DNA of 64,000 bases, taken from Camelus ferus. Taxonomy: Eukaryota. A program made the position numbers and the translations under genes. How positions within the stretch are numbered: the first letter of the stretch is position 1; the number at the start of each line of letters is the position of its first letter. The stretch lies in assembly GCF_009834535.1 (NCBI RefSeq), contig NC_045697.1, forward strand, positions 35,838,001-35,902,000, given 5' to 3'. Below are positions 52,606 to 64,000 of the stretch, one piece after another. The notes beneath the pieces were generated by a model. The model was not told where the DNA came from, searched no databases, and worked only from the letters and a program-made list of their open reading frames with translations.

Positions 52606-52682
52606 CTTAGACAATGGGTAATAGATGTATTCTGCTCCACATCGACAGAAAGGTCAAGAAAATCTTCATCTTTGCTACTAAC
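52606..52682 (-). CDS. USP46: USP46 coding exon (human exon 5 equivalent), [25 protein letters not shown](R), aa ~188-213
   Basis: Manual minus-strand translation. 77 nt, acceptor TTCAG|GTT after a long pyrimidine tract, donor AG|GTAAC, phase 0 to 2. Confidence 0.97.
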
Positions 52683-52689
52683 CTGAAGC

Positions 52690-52725
52690 AAAAAAAAAAA
52701 AAAAAAAAAAGAAAGAAAGAAAGAA
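52690..52725 (+). repeat. A21 plus (GAAA)n microsatellite forming the exon 5 polypyrimidine tract
   Basis: Read directly from the sequence. Confidence 0.9.
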
Positions 52726-53699
52726 GATATTAGAAACATAATACGTAATACTCAAGTAGCTAAAACTCTGAACACTTACAGTAACCAAAAACCACAAAGG
52801 CAGTCAAAGTCATATGTGGCTTTATACATGTATACTTACTGGCAACCAGCTACCTTGAAAACAATCCAGAACAAGAGAAAACCCTAAATTCTCAATTTAA
52901 CCTTATCTGCATCTCAGCTTTGATTCAGACTTTTCATAACTAAAATTCAACCCAATTTCTCTTCCTGTCCATTCATTTCCCCCGCTATTTCAAAGTAGGA
53001 AGGATCGCACAGGTACCCATAGGGCTCAGACTGGCAGAATGGTAACAATGGAAATGCAAGAAGGCCCACAGCCTTAAAAAGCCTCCTGCTCAGATGATCA
53101 CCCTGAGTTAAGTTGTCTGTACTTCCTGCCAGTCCCTTAAAATCAGTCCCTTCCTCTTGTGCCATCACTCAAACTGCGAGTGTGGCCAGGGAGCCTAGTG
53201 TGCTATGGGCTGGAAGGTCACGCTCACTACACATACAGTTGTCCTCTGGCCCAGGAAGAGTCATCATCTGCAGACCACCCCCCATGCTGTCCGTGAGAAC
53301 AAGCAGACCTGGAGCTGGCTGGGAGCCTTGGCTTACACGGGCCCATCAGACTGTGGACAACTCTCAGCCAAGCTGGTCACCAGCTTTCTGATGCTTTTCT
53401 GCCCCCACAGCTCACACCACCCCAATTCGGGGTCTGTGCTCATGGAAGCTCACCAACTGAGGCTTGCCTCCCAGCAGCCCACCAGCAAGCCTGGTGTTCT
53501 TCTGTCTTGGAGTGGGAGGGACAAACTAGCTCAGCAGCAACTTTGAGCTGCCCAGGCAACAGGCAGCAAAACGAAAATAATATTCCTGTAAATGTGACAA
53601 CTATCCTGTGACTCAATACTTCACTGCTGGGAAATTATCTAAAGAAACATTCAGGGATGCGGACACAATCCCTTATACTTTTCCAAGTACACACAAGAA

Positions 53700-54275
53700 T
53701 GGGTACAGGCAGGCTGCCCAGCTCCACATCCTCTCTCTGTCACTTAGAAAGTAGATGACTTTAGGCCAGGTACTTAGCCTCTCTGCACCTCAGTTTTCTC
53801 ACCTGCAAAGTGGGGGCAGCAAGAGTATCTATTTCATACATGTAAAGTGCTTAAAGAAGTAAGCACTCAACAAATCAGGGAGGGGCAAAACATCGTAATG
53901 GCCTAAAATGGTCCAAAAGTTGGGAATGGGCTACTGCACTGTGGGTATCACATGAGATTGCTCTCCTGCACTCTGCCATCACCATGAGAAGGGTAACCCA
54001 GGCTACCCACTGTTCCCCAGAAGATGAGCGACCCCCGGAGGAGAGCCGTTCTCCCTGAGGTGCCCCAGCCATGCCTGGTCCAGAGCGCAGCCCCTGCCGG
54101 CCTGCAGACACATGCGTATGACAGCTGAAGTACAAATGCATGGGTTTGGCCAGGTCCAGGTGGCTCAGGCGACCCCCAGCCAACTCATGGTGGCATGAAT
54201 TTTAATAAAAATTCAGAGTCAATTTAAGCTCAGAGTTCTGGGGTAGCTTAGAACAGAGCAACAAATAACCAACAC
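53700..54275 (+). mobile_element. MIR (~53700-53875) followed by an old MLT1 LTR (~53900-54275)
   Basis: CTCTCTGCACCTCAGTTTTCTCACCTGCAAAGTGGG; CTCTGCCATCACCATGAGAAG..AACAGAGCAACAAATAACCAACACA. Confidence 0.65.
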
Positions 54276-54279
54276 ATGA

Positions 54280-54722
54280 CAGGCGTTCCTCCTTTTACTG
54301 CATTTAGCAGATATTGCATTTTTTACAAATTAAAGATTTGTGGCAACCCTGTGTCAAGCAAGTCTATCTGCAACAGCATTGCTCACTTCATGTCTCTGTG
54401 TCACATTCTGGTAATGTGCACGATATTTAAAACTTTCTCATTATTATTATAGGTCTTACAGTGATCTGTAATCAGTGATCTATGTCTATGACTCACTGAA
54501 GGTTTGAATAATGGTTACCATTTTTCAGCCATAAAGTATTTAATTATGGTATGAACTTTTTAAAAGACATAATGCTATTGCACACTTAACAGACTACAAA
54601 AAGTGTAAAAATAACTTATACGCACTAGGAAACCAAAAAATTTGTCTGACTCGCTTCACTGTGATATTCATTTTATTGCAGAGGTCTAGAACCAAACCCA
54701 CAATATCTCCAAGGTGTGTCTG
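54280..54722 (+). mobile_element. Internally deleted Tigger1 (non-autonomous TcMar DNA transposon)
   Basis: Both Tigger1 ends are present: CAGGC..GCAGATATTGCATTTTTTACAAATT..GTGGCAACCCTG and CAATATCTCCAAGGTGTGTCTG|TA. Confidence 0.85.
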
Positions 54723-54774
54723 TATATTTTATTTTTACTTGTTTATTGTCTCTTTCCCCCTTATTAAAATGAAG

Positions 54775-57700
54775 TTCAAAAGACTGGCTTCGGTAATGAC
54801 TAAGATCCTGCCCTTCCAACACTCCTCCAGAAAACTAGAAACTCAGATAACTACAAACAGCAGCTACCTGAAGGCATGGAGGACAAAGACCAACAGGCAG
54901 ATGAGAAGTCTACACTTGGAGGAAGAGAGTTGCAAAGAATCAGTTCATGGTTTCACAGCCTTTACCTGGGGATCCGTGAGGGGGAAATGCAGTCTTTCTA
55001 GACTAGAAGCCAGAAAAACGAATCGGGAAACCATTGCCACTGGGAAGAAGGGAAACAATCTGAGAAGGTATCCCCAACTCTGTCTGCCCACATCTCTGGC
55101 TGACCCCTGGGCCACACACATGCACAGGGTACACTCACTGCAACTCAGCTAGAGACAGAAGGGCCGCCCTAAGAGTCAAACTGCTGCCTGAAAAACAGAG
55201 TTTGTAAGTTTGAGTCCAACCAAAATAACTACCTGCTAAAACTAAAGAAACTCAAAACTCACTGAAGAAAAACAACAGAACCCAGAGTCTCTCAAATTTA
55301 ACTTTCTCGATGTCCTAGATAAGATCCAAACTTACCATATGTGAAGAACCAGGAAAATGGAAGACATTCTTAAAATGAAACAACTGAGACCAACCCTGGG
55401 ATGACCCAGGTGCTGGAAGTAACAAATCACAATGTTAAAAAAGCGATTATACATTCTTTGGTAAAGTGAAATATATACTCATAATGAATAAAAAAATAAG
55501 AAATTTCAGCAGAGAAAAATAAGTCAAAAAAAAAAAAAAAAGAATCAAATGGAAATTCCAGAACTAAAAAATTAATATACTGGATGGACTGAACAGAGAA
55601 CTGGAGATGACAGAGGGAAGATCTTGAAGACAGAGCGAGGGAAATTATCCAATAAGAACAAAGAAAAAAAAAAGGAAATAAAAATGAACAGATGTTCAAG
55701 AGATCTGTTCAATAATATTAGACATGTAATTAGAGTCCCAGAAGGGGAAGAGTGAGAATAGGGCAGAAAAACTATTTGAAAAATAATTGCTGAATATTTC
55801 TAAAATTTGGTAAAAGATATATATTTATAGATTCAAGATACTCAGCAAATACCAAGCAGGATTAAATATAAAGAAGGCCAGCCAATGTCAAACTACTGGA
55901 GCCAAAGGTAAAAAAAAGCAAAGTTTAAAAACATCTAGAGAAAAATGACACATTACAAGAGAATGATTCAGTTGGAAGTTGGTCTCTCATCAGAAATTAC
56001 AGAGGCCAGAAGACAGTGGAACATCTTTAATGTGCTAAAAGAACTATTGAAGAATTCCCATATCCTGTAGGTAAATCCTTCAAGAGTGAAAACAAAATGA
56101 AGAGAATTCATTATTAACATACCTGCACCACATGAAAGGTTAAAGGAAGTTCTTCAAACCAAAGGGACATGCTACCAGATGGAAATCCAGGTCCTCAAGA
56201 AAGAATGAAGAGCATCAAAAATAGGAGTTATGACATTGTCCTGTGGGGGTTATATTATACGCACATGTAATACATATAACAACTATAGCATAAGGACAAG
56301 GTAGGTCAGGGGTGGAAGAAAATGTGCAACCACACAGTGGTAAGTTATCTATCTTTTATGTGAAATAGTAACATTATAAACTGTAAGAGGACTGTGATAA
56401 GTGAAGAATATAAATTGTAATCTCTAGAGCAACTGCTAGAAAACAACATACAAAGATATACTAAGAGGAAAATTAAAATGGAACTGTTAAATACACACAT
56501 ACACAGATAATCCAAAAAGAAAAGGAAAAAAGCAGAGGAAGAGGAATAGAGAAACAAAAAGCTGAGGGGGAATAAATTGCAAACAAATAAGAAAATGGAA
56601 GCCTGAAGCCCAACCATATCAATAATTATATTAAATATTAATGGAATAAATTTTTCAAGTAAAAGTCAGAAATTGAGTTGGATTTTTTTTTAAGCAAGAC
56701 CAGCTATACACTATCCATAAGAGCTATACTTTAAATATAAAGACACAGATCAGCTGAAAATAAATGGATGGAAAAAGATATACTGTGCAAAGAGTTAACA
56801 TATGTATATAGTTGGCTATATTAATATAAGATAAAACAGGTTTTAGACAAAATTATGAGAAATAAAAGATATTTCCTAATAATTGGGTCAACCTACTAGA
56901 AACACATAATCAAAGTATGGAAGTCCCTCATAATAGAGCCTCAAAAATACATGAAACTGGAACACTGTTCACCAATAAAAAGGAATAAACCACATGCTAC
57001 AACGTAATGAATCTCAAAAATGTTACATAAGTGAGAGAAATCAGACACAAAAGACATATGTTATATGATTCCATTTATACAAAATGTCCAGAAAAGGCAA
57101 ATATCTAAAGACAGAAAGTAGCTCAGTGGTGGCCCGGGGCCTGCAACAGATTAACTGTTGGATATAAGGGATCTTATTGGTGTGATGGAAATATTTTAAA
57201 ATTGGATTATTCTGATAGTTGCACAACTTAGCAAATCACACACACACATTAAAAAAAAATCACTGAACAGATGAACTTCATGGTACATAAATGGTACCTC
57301 AACAAAGTTTGTTTTTAAAAAGCAAAAACATTCATGAAGCAAAAACGGACAGAATTAGAGGGAAGAACAAGGCAATCCCACAATTACAGTTAGATATTTT
57401 AATATCCCTTTCTCGGCAAATGATAAACTAGGGAGAAAAATTTTTTTAAAATAGATAACCTGAATAACTCTACCATCATGACCTATTGACAATTACAGAA
57501 TACTATGCCCAATGACCGCAAAATATACATTCTTTTCAACTCAGTGGTTCTCAGCAAGGGAAATCTTTCCTTCCAGGGGACATTTGGCACTGTCTAGAGA
57601 TATTTTTGTTATCACACCTTGGGAGATGCCGCTGGCATCTAGCAGGAAGCAGCCAGGGATGCTGTTAAACATGCACAGGACAGCCCCCACCACAGAGAAT

Positions 57701-58075
57701 GATCTGATCCTACAAGTATATGGTTCTATGATTGAAAGACTCTGCTTTCAAGTACATTTACCAAGATGGATCATGTGTTAGGATACAAAGCATGTCATAG
57801 TAAGTTTTAAAAGACTGAAATCATACAGAATATATTCCCTAACCAAAACAGAATTAAACTGGAAAACATTAAGATATCTAGGAAAATACCAAATATTTGA
57901 AAATCAAACAACATATTTCTAAGTAATACATGGGTCAAAGAAAAAAACCACAGAGAAATTAGAAAATATTTTGAACTAATGACAAAGAAAATGTATCAAA
58001 ATTTGTGGGATGTAGCTAAAACAGTGCTAAAAGGAAACCGTATAGCATTAAATGTGTATATTAGTAAATATAAAG
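54775..58075 (+). mobile_element. Old L1 (5' region, ORF1, ORF2 endonuclease), interrupted by an L1MB-like 3' end (~56958-57325) and a MER20
   Basis: Decayed ORF1 (GAGTCCCAGAAGGGGAAG; CAGAGGCCAGAAGACAGTGGAA) and EN region (ATATTAAATATTAATGGA; CAAAATTTGTGGGATGTAGCTAAAACAGTGCT). Confidence 0.8.
57542..57743. mobile_element. MER20 hAT DNA transposon
   Basis: CAGTGGTTCTCA..CCAGGGGACATTTGGCA.TGTCTAGAGATATTTT..GCCAGGGATGCTGTTAAACAT..CACAGGACAGCCCCCAC. Confidence 0.88.
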
Positions 58076-59485
58076 AGCAGGGACTGTCTTTTCTGTTTGC
58101 TTTAACTGTTATATCCCTAGTGCATAAAGTAATTTCTAGCATTTAATAGGTACCCAGTACATATTTACTAAATAAATGAATATGTAACTGAACAAAAGAC
58201 TGAACAAATGAAAAGATGTCTAAGCGCCAACAGTGGCATCTGGGTGGCAGAATTACGAATGATTTTCTTTTTATACATTCCTGTGTCTGACTTTTTAAAA
58301 ATAATTCACAGGCACTATATTTTTTTAATTAGTAAAGCTTTTAAAAAAATCTAAATGGCCCTCCTCTGGGAGATAATAAAAGGATTATAACCAACTGAAA
58401 CCATACATAATTTGGATAGCTAAAATTAGGTTCTACTAAAGCTCTTGTACTTGAAGAAGGGTGAAAACAAAGAAACACTGTCTCCCTTTAGATGCAAATC
58501 TCTTCCTCCACTTAATTGTTACAGGGAGAGAGAAGAAAGGTACAAGTCTAATTAACTGACTGGAGACATTTACTGTAACCCTCTCAATTCCCAGGGCAAA
58601 CTGCTTCCAGAATTAAGAGTGTGAGAAAGCACTGCTCGGGTGGACCAGCTCCACCCGGGACATCAAAACATGGCACTAAACCTTTCCATTCGGATTCTTC
58701 TCTCTCCCCCGTCTCACACTGACATAGTCAAAAGCAATGAGTGATGATCAAGCAATATTCTTTTTCTTTTCTCTCTTCCCAGAAAGCTGCCAGAAAATAA
58801 AACCATTTTCTTCCCACACACAGGGATCTCATTCTGGTTTAACTGAAAACACAGCTTGTCTCCAAGGAAACATATATATCACTAAGACTCCAATACTCTC
58901 AGCAGGTCCAGGCTACATCTTATTCTCCTTTCTTCTCCCGCAATTCTGGGCATGGAGTTCCCCCAAAACTAGTGTTAAAAGGGTGGGAGAGACACTACTT
59001 GCTCTTATTAATTAATTACAAATCAATTAACAGAATAATACATAGGGCATACATGTAAATCATAAGCTTTGCTAAGTTTCTGAGTAATTAAAATTCTATT
59101 CAAATGTGCTTCTAAATTCCAAAGACTCCTTTGCTGGGCTTAGTAGAAAAGGTGACCAGGTGGCAGTTCCAAGCTGTCCTAGCCAGGAACTGAAAATGTG
59201 CTGGCTTAGAGGCAGTGCCAAAATGCTGGGCTGAGGGGAAAATGGCGACTACAGCCCACCTGAGTCCTGGGAACTCAGAACCTCAGCTCAGTGAGTGATC
59301 CCACCTGACTGCGTCGCCCATTCTTAACTCCTCTCCTGTGAAGGGCTCAGAACATCTACTGAATCAATTTTAACCCCTGCAAACAAGTCAAGAAGGAGCA
59401 TACAATTGGTACTTAATAAAGCAGGTCTTTAGACAACCTTCTAGCTCCAGGAACAGATATAAATATGTCTTAAAGCCACCAAGCA

Positions 59486-61503
59486 TAAAAAAACTCCTAC
59501 AGCTGATAAAAGAACTCAGCAAGGTAGCAGGACACAAGATTAACATACAGAAAACAGCTGTGTTCTTTACACTAACAATGAAATATCAGAAAAGGAAAGA
59601 AATAATACCTTTTAAAATCACATGAAAAAATAAAAGTAAAAAATACTTGGGAATAAACCTGATCAAGGAGGTGAAAGACTTATATGTGGAGAACTACAAA
59701 ACTGATTAAGGAAGTTAAAGATGACTTATAGAAATGGAAAGATATCCCATGCTCTTAGATTGGAAGAATTAATACTGTTAAAATGGCCATACTACCCAAA
59801 GCAACCTACAGATTTAATGTGATCCCTATCAAATTACTCAGAACACTTTTCACAGAAGTAGAACAAATAACCCTAAAATTTATATGGAATCATAAGACTT
59901 GGAATAGCGAAACGAATGTTGAAGAAAAGAATGAAGCTGGAGGAATAACCCTCCCAGACTTCAGACAATACTACAGAGCTACAATAATCAAAACAGCATG
60001 GTATTGGCATAAAAACAGACATACGGATCAATGGAACAGAATAGAGAGCCCAGAAATAAATGAACATACCTATGATCAATTAATTTTGGAAAAAGAAGAA
60101 AGAATATACAATGGAGAAAAGACAGTCTCTTCAGCAAGTAGTGTTGGGAAAGCTGGACAACCATGTGTAAATCATGTGAAATTTGAACACTCCCTCACAC
60201 CAGACACAAAAATAAACTTAAAATAGCTTAAAGACTTAAAACATAAGACCAGACACTGTAAACCTCCTAGAAGGAAACACAAGCAAGACATTTTCTGACA
60301 TCAATCTTAGCAATGTTCTCCTAGGGCAGTCTACCCAGGCGATAGAAATGAAAGCAAAAATAAACAATGGGACCTAATTAAATGTATAAGCTTTTGCACA
60401 GCAAAGGAAAACATAAACAAAACAAAAAGAGAACCTATGGACTGGCAGAAAATATTTGCAAATGATGTGACTGACAAGGGCTTAATTCCAGAATGTATAA
60501 ACAGCTCATATAGCTTAATAACAAAACAACAAACAAACCAATCAAAAAATGGGCAGAAGACTTAAACAAGCAATCCTCCAATGAAGACATACAAATGGCC
60601 AATAGGCACATGAAAAAATGCTCAATATCCCTAATTATCAGAGAAATGCGAATCAAAGCTACAATGAGGTATCACCTCACAACAGTCAGAATAGGCCTCA
60701 TTAAAAAGTCCATAAACGATAAATGCTGGAGAGGGTGTGGAGAAAAGGGAACCCTCCTACACTGTTGGGGGGAATGTAGTTTCACGCAGCCATTATGGAA
60801 GACAGTATGGAGATTTCTTAAAAAACTAAAAATAGACTTACCATATGATCTAGCAATCCCATTCCTGGGCATATATCCCAAGGGAACTCTAATTTGAAAA
60901 GATACATGTACCCCAATGTTCACGGCAGCACTATTTACAATAGCCAAGACATGGAAACAACCTAAATGTCCATCTACAGATGACTGGATAAAGAAGTTGT
61001 GGTATATTTATACAATGGAATACTACTCAGCCATAAAAAGAATAAAATAATGCCATTTGCAGCATCATGGATGGACCTGGAGATTGTTATTCTAAGTGAA
61101 GTAAGCCAGAAAGAGAAAGAAAAATACCATATGATATCACTCATATGTGGAATCTAAAAAAAAAGACACTAATGAACTTACCTACAAAACAGAAACAGAC
61201 TCACAGACATAGAAAACAAAATTATGGTTGCTGGGGGCAGGGAAGGGGGTGGAAAGGGATGAATTGGGAGTTTGAGATTTGCAGATACTAACTACTATAT
61301 ATATAAAATAGATAAACAACAAGTTTATAATGTATAGTACAGGAACGTACATTCAGTATCTTGTAGTAACCTATAATGAAAGAGAATATGAAAAGGAATA
61401 TATATATGTATATGCATGACTGAAACATTTTGCTGTACGCCAGAAATTGACACAACATTGTAAACTGAATATACTTCAATTTAAAAAGAAATGAGAAAAA
61501 AAA
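59486..61503 (+). mobile_element. 5'-truncated lineage L1 (ORF2 C-terminal third, 3' UTR, A tail)
   Basis: ORFs MAILPKATYRFNVIPIK...KTAWYWHKNRH and [18 protein letters not shown] (CCHC); frameshifted. Confidence 0.95.
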
Positions 61504-63210
61504 AGCCTCTGAGAATCTCTGAAAACCACAGATTTGCAAAGCAAAAACTCAGTTTAAATGGAAAGGGAAGAAATTAACAACAACAAAATTAAGCTCCAAC
61601 TGGCCTAGCAAATCTTATGATTCAAGCAGAGAACCACCAACGGAGCACTGAGGCTAGACTGGGAAATTCCCACGCCTCAGTTCTAAAATGCCTTGGTCAA
61701 GGTCATCTGGGAAAATCAGACTGAATGGCCCCCTTAAAATCGTCTCTCCAAGACTACTGCAGAATGAAACCATTCGTCTCCATAAACCCCTCAGTTGACA
61801 TTTGCACTGCAATCACAAGCAACATTTACAAAGGGCGAGAGACCCTGGAAAAGGAAAAAAAATGTTGTTTTCTGAAAGCATGAAGACTGGCACAAAGAGT
61901 TTTGCACAGTTGGAGGAACAACCAGCTGAGGCCATCACAACAGAGAGGCTCCCCAGGGGCTAATTTGCCGCTCCAGATCTAGCACAGTTTAATCCCACTG
62001 TGAGAGTTCACTAATGGTACTGGCAATTCTGACGGAAGCACTCTGTAAAGGCTGCTTGCCCTGGGCAGAGGACGCTACTCAAAGCAGGTCCTGTATTTCT
62101 CAATCTGTGAAATAAAACTAACTTATTCCTTCTTTTATACTAAGTTCTCAGCATTTTACAGTAACAACAACAAAGCCCGCAGGCTATGTATTTTCTTAGA
62201 AAGTAGAGGGCTTTCCAACAATTAGAGCTTTCTAAAAATGGAGCACATCACTTCGGGAGATTGAGTTCCCTCTCCCTGGATGGGATCCAGCAGATGCTGG
62301 TGACCGACTGGCTAGGACATCACAGAAGGGACTCAGGCATTGGTAGAGAAAGGATTAGGTGACTCCCATCCAGTTAAAGGATCTAAGAAAATGGAGGTGA
62401 TTATCCAACTAATTCTGGGGGGTTGGGGTGTAACATTCTTGCCACAAATCTAATCATTTCAGGGGACAAAAAAATGCAGGTTTTTCAGGAAGCACCCTCT
62501 TCCATAAAGACACACCCACACATTCCAATTCTCTTCCACAAACCTAGCATAAATGGTTGGAATCCCACTCTGACAAACTCTACAGTATGACCCAGAAGTT
62601 TGGGAGGAATCTTGGCACACAGACTTTCAATTCACAGTAACTCTCCTTGAAATCACAGGGTGGGGTAACAGCTTCTGCAATACAATTATCTGGGGGGTGC
62701 AATGTCTGCATTTGCTGGGATCAACTGACCTGTTCATAGACAAAAAAAGAAACTACAAATGCAACTGAGCCTATTATCTGAAAATCCACACAGAGTACCA
62801 CAAGATGGATTTAGTAACTGTTAATTTCAAAGATAACTAAAAGGATTAGACCAGCTGTCCAGTCTGGGCAGGTTTCCTGGCTAAATGTAGAGAGGTGATA
62901 CCCCATTGTCTGGTTCCTGTATCATAAGCTCACAGGGTTCTCTCCACACTCCTTCACAGCATTTTGCAATTGTAGTTACAAAACCAATTATTCATTTTGT
63001 TGTAAGTGTCTGTCTTCCATACTGAAAGTTCCAGAAAGGCAAGGCTCTCACTGCATTCTCGGTGTCTGTACCTTTACATGCAGATGTGGAAAAACAAAGT
63101 AAGAAACATATTTACAGAATAAAAGAGTTCTCATCTATACAGCCACTGTATTACCAAAGTGAAGACATCTGAGAATAGTGGGCATAGGCAAGGATGTGGC
63201 TAAATGAGGA

Positions 63211-63349
63211 GGGGAGGGTATAGCTCAGCGGTAGAGTGGGTGCTTAGCATGCGCAAGGTCCTGGGTTCAATCCCCAGCACCTCCATAAACAAACAAACAA
63301 ACCTAATCACCCCTCCCCTCTCATAAAAAAGTTAAAAAAAAAAAAAAAA
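63211..63349 (+). mobile_element. Camelid SINE inserted in an old L1ME-like fragment (~63170-63810)
   Basis: tRNA-Ala-like head and A tail. Diverged flanks AGGCAAGGATGTGG / AGACAAGAATGTGG. Confidence 0.88.
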
Positions 63350-64000
63350 GAAGACAAGAATGTGGACAGATGAAAATGCTTATACACTGGGTGTATAAAA
63401 TGGTACAACCACTTTGGGAATTTGGTATTTTTCTAATGAGTTTAATGATAAGCACACCTTATTACCTAACAAATTTACTTTTCTGTATCCTAGAGAAATT
63501 AGACTTATGTACACTAGATTATATGTATTGGAACATTCACAGCATTGTTCATAGTTGCCCCAAATTGGAAATGACCAAATAGCCACCAACAGTAAAATGG
63601 ATTCATGAATTGTGGTATATTCAGGCAATGGAATACTACATAGCAATGAAAGAACTAAAGCATCATGCAGCTACACAAGTAAATCTCATAAGGGACACTG
63701 AGACGAAAAAAAAAAAAACAGGACACAAAAGAATACATGCTGTATGATCCATTCACATAAAGATCAAAAAACAAGACAAACTGAACTATTTATTTAAGGG
63801 ATGCAAATATAAGTTTCTAGTTCTACCAAACATTTGAAGAACAGATAATTCAAAGATAATTCTTACACAAGAAATTCTCCCCAAGAAGAGAGAGAAACTG
63901 GAGGCTACTACTGTACTTTGGGTGGGAGAGTCCCACACAGGAGGAGGAAAAACCCAGAAAATCCAGTAGGAAGTTACTGCAGTGGTTTAGCGGAGACTGC

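Noticed and set aside
39423..52682. USP12 or a processed pseudogene as an alternative identity
   Set aside because: The diagnostic residues (DFSN, SEQK, ETCCS, SSDAVNL, HGFW, QSRE) are USP46-type, and the introns and reading frame are intact.
54661..55152. 163 aa ORF
   Set aside because: It spans a Tigger1 end and an old L1 5' region, with no recognisable homology.
59472..61516. Possible TSD for the 59486-61503 L1 (AAAGCCACCAAGCAT / AAAGCCTCTGAGAAT)
   Set aside because: Too many mismatches to call with confidence.
63211..63285. tRNA-Ala(AGC)-like sequences (also at 21314, 25345, 25570, 27955, 42647)
   Set aside because: They have an extra GGGGAGG 5' end, SINE tails, flanking repeats and stem mismatches, so they are SINEs and not tRNA genes.

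Overview
This is mammalian genomic DNA, most likely camelid (alpaca, llama or camel), inferred from tRNA-Ala-derived vic-1-type SINEs and the absence of recognisable Alu, B1, Bov-tA or PRE-1 elements. The right half holds the 3' part of USP46 on the minus strand: five coding exons (52682-52606, 45335-45252, 43878-43681, 40475-40397, 39524-39423). They splice in frame with GT-AG junctions to give residues ~188-366, followed by a ~5.5 kb 3' UTR rich in miRNA seed matches. Upstream exons lie beyond position 64000. The left ~33 kb is intergenic and repeat-dense (MaLR/ERV LTRs, MIR, L2, L1, DNA transposons) with one strong CTCF motif. I found no convincing new gene system. The most unusual object is a TSD-flanked 2.8 kb L1 derivative in a USP46 intron that has the 5' UTR, ORF1 and 3' tail but almost no ORF2 (HAL1-like). 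Smaller oddities are a 42-bp locally templated copy, a poly(A)-only insertion and two candidate 3' transductions. Repeat family names come from remembered consensus motifs, not a database search, and boundaries of old repeats are approximate.
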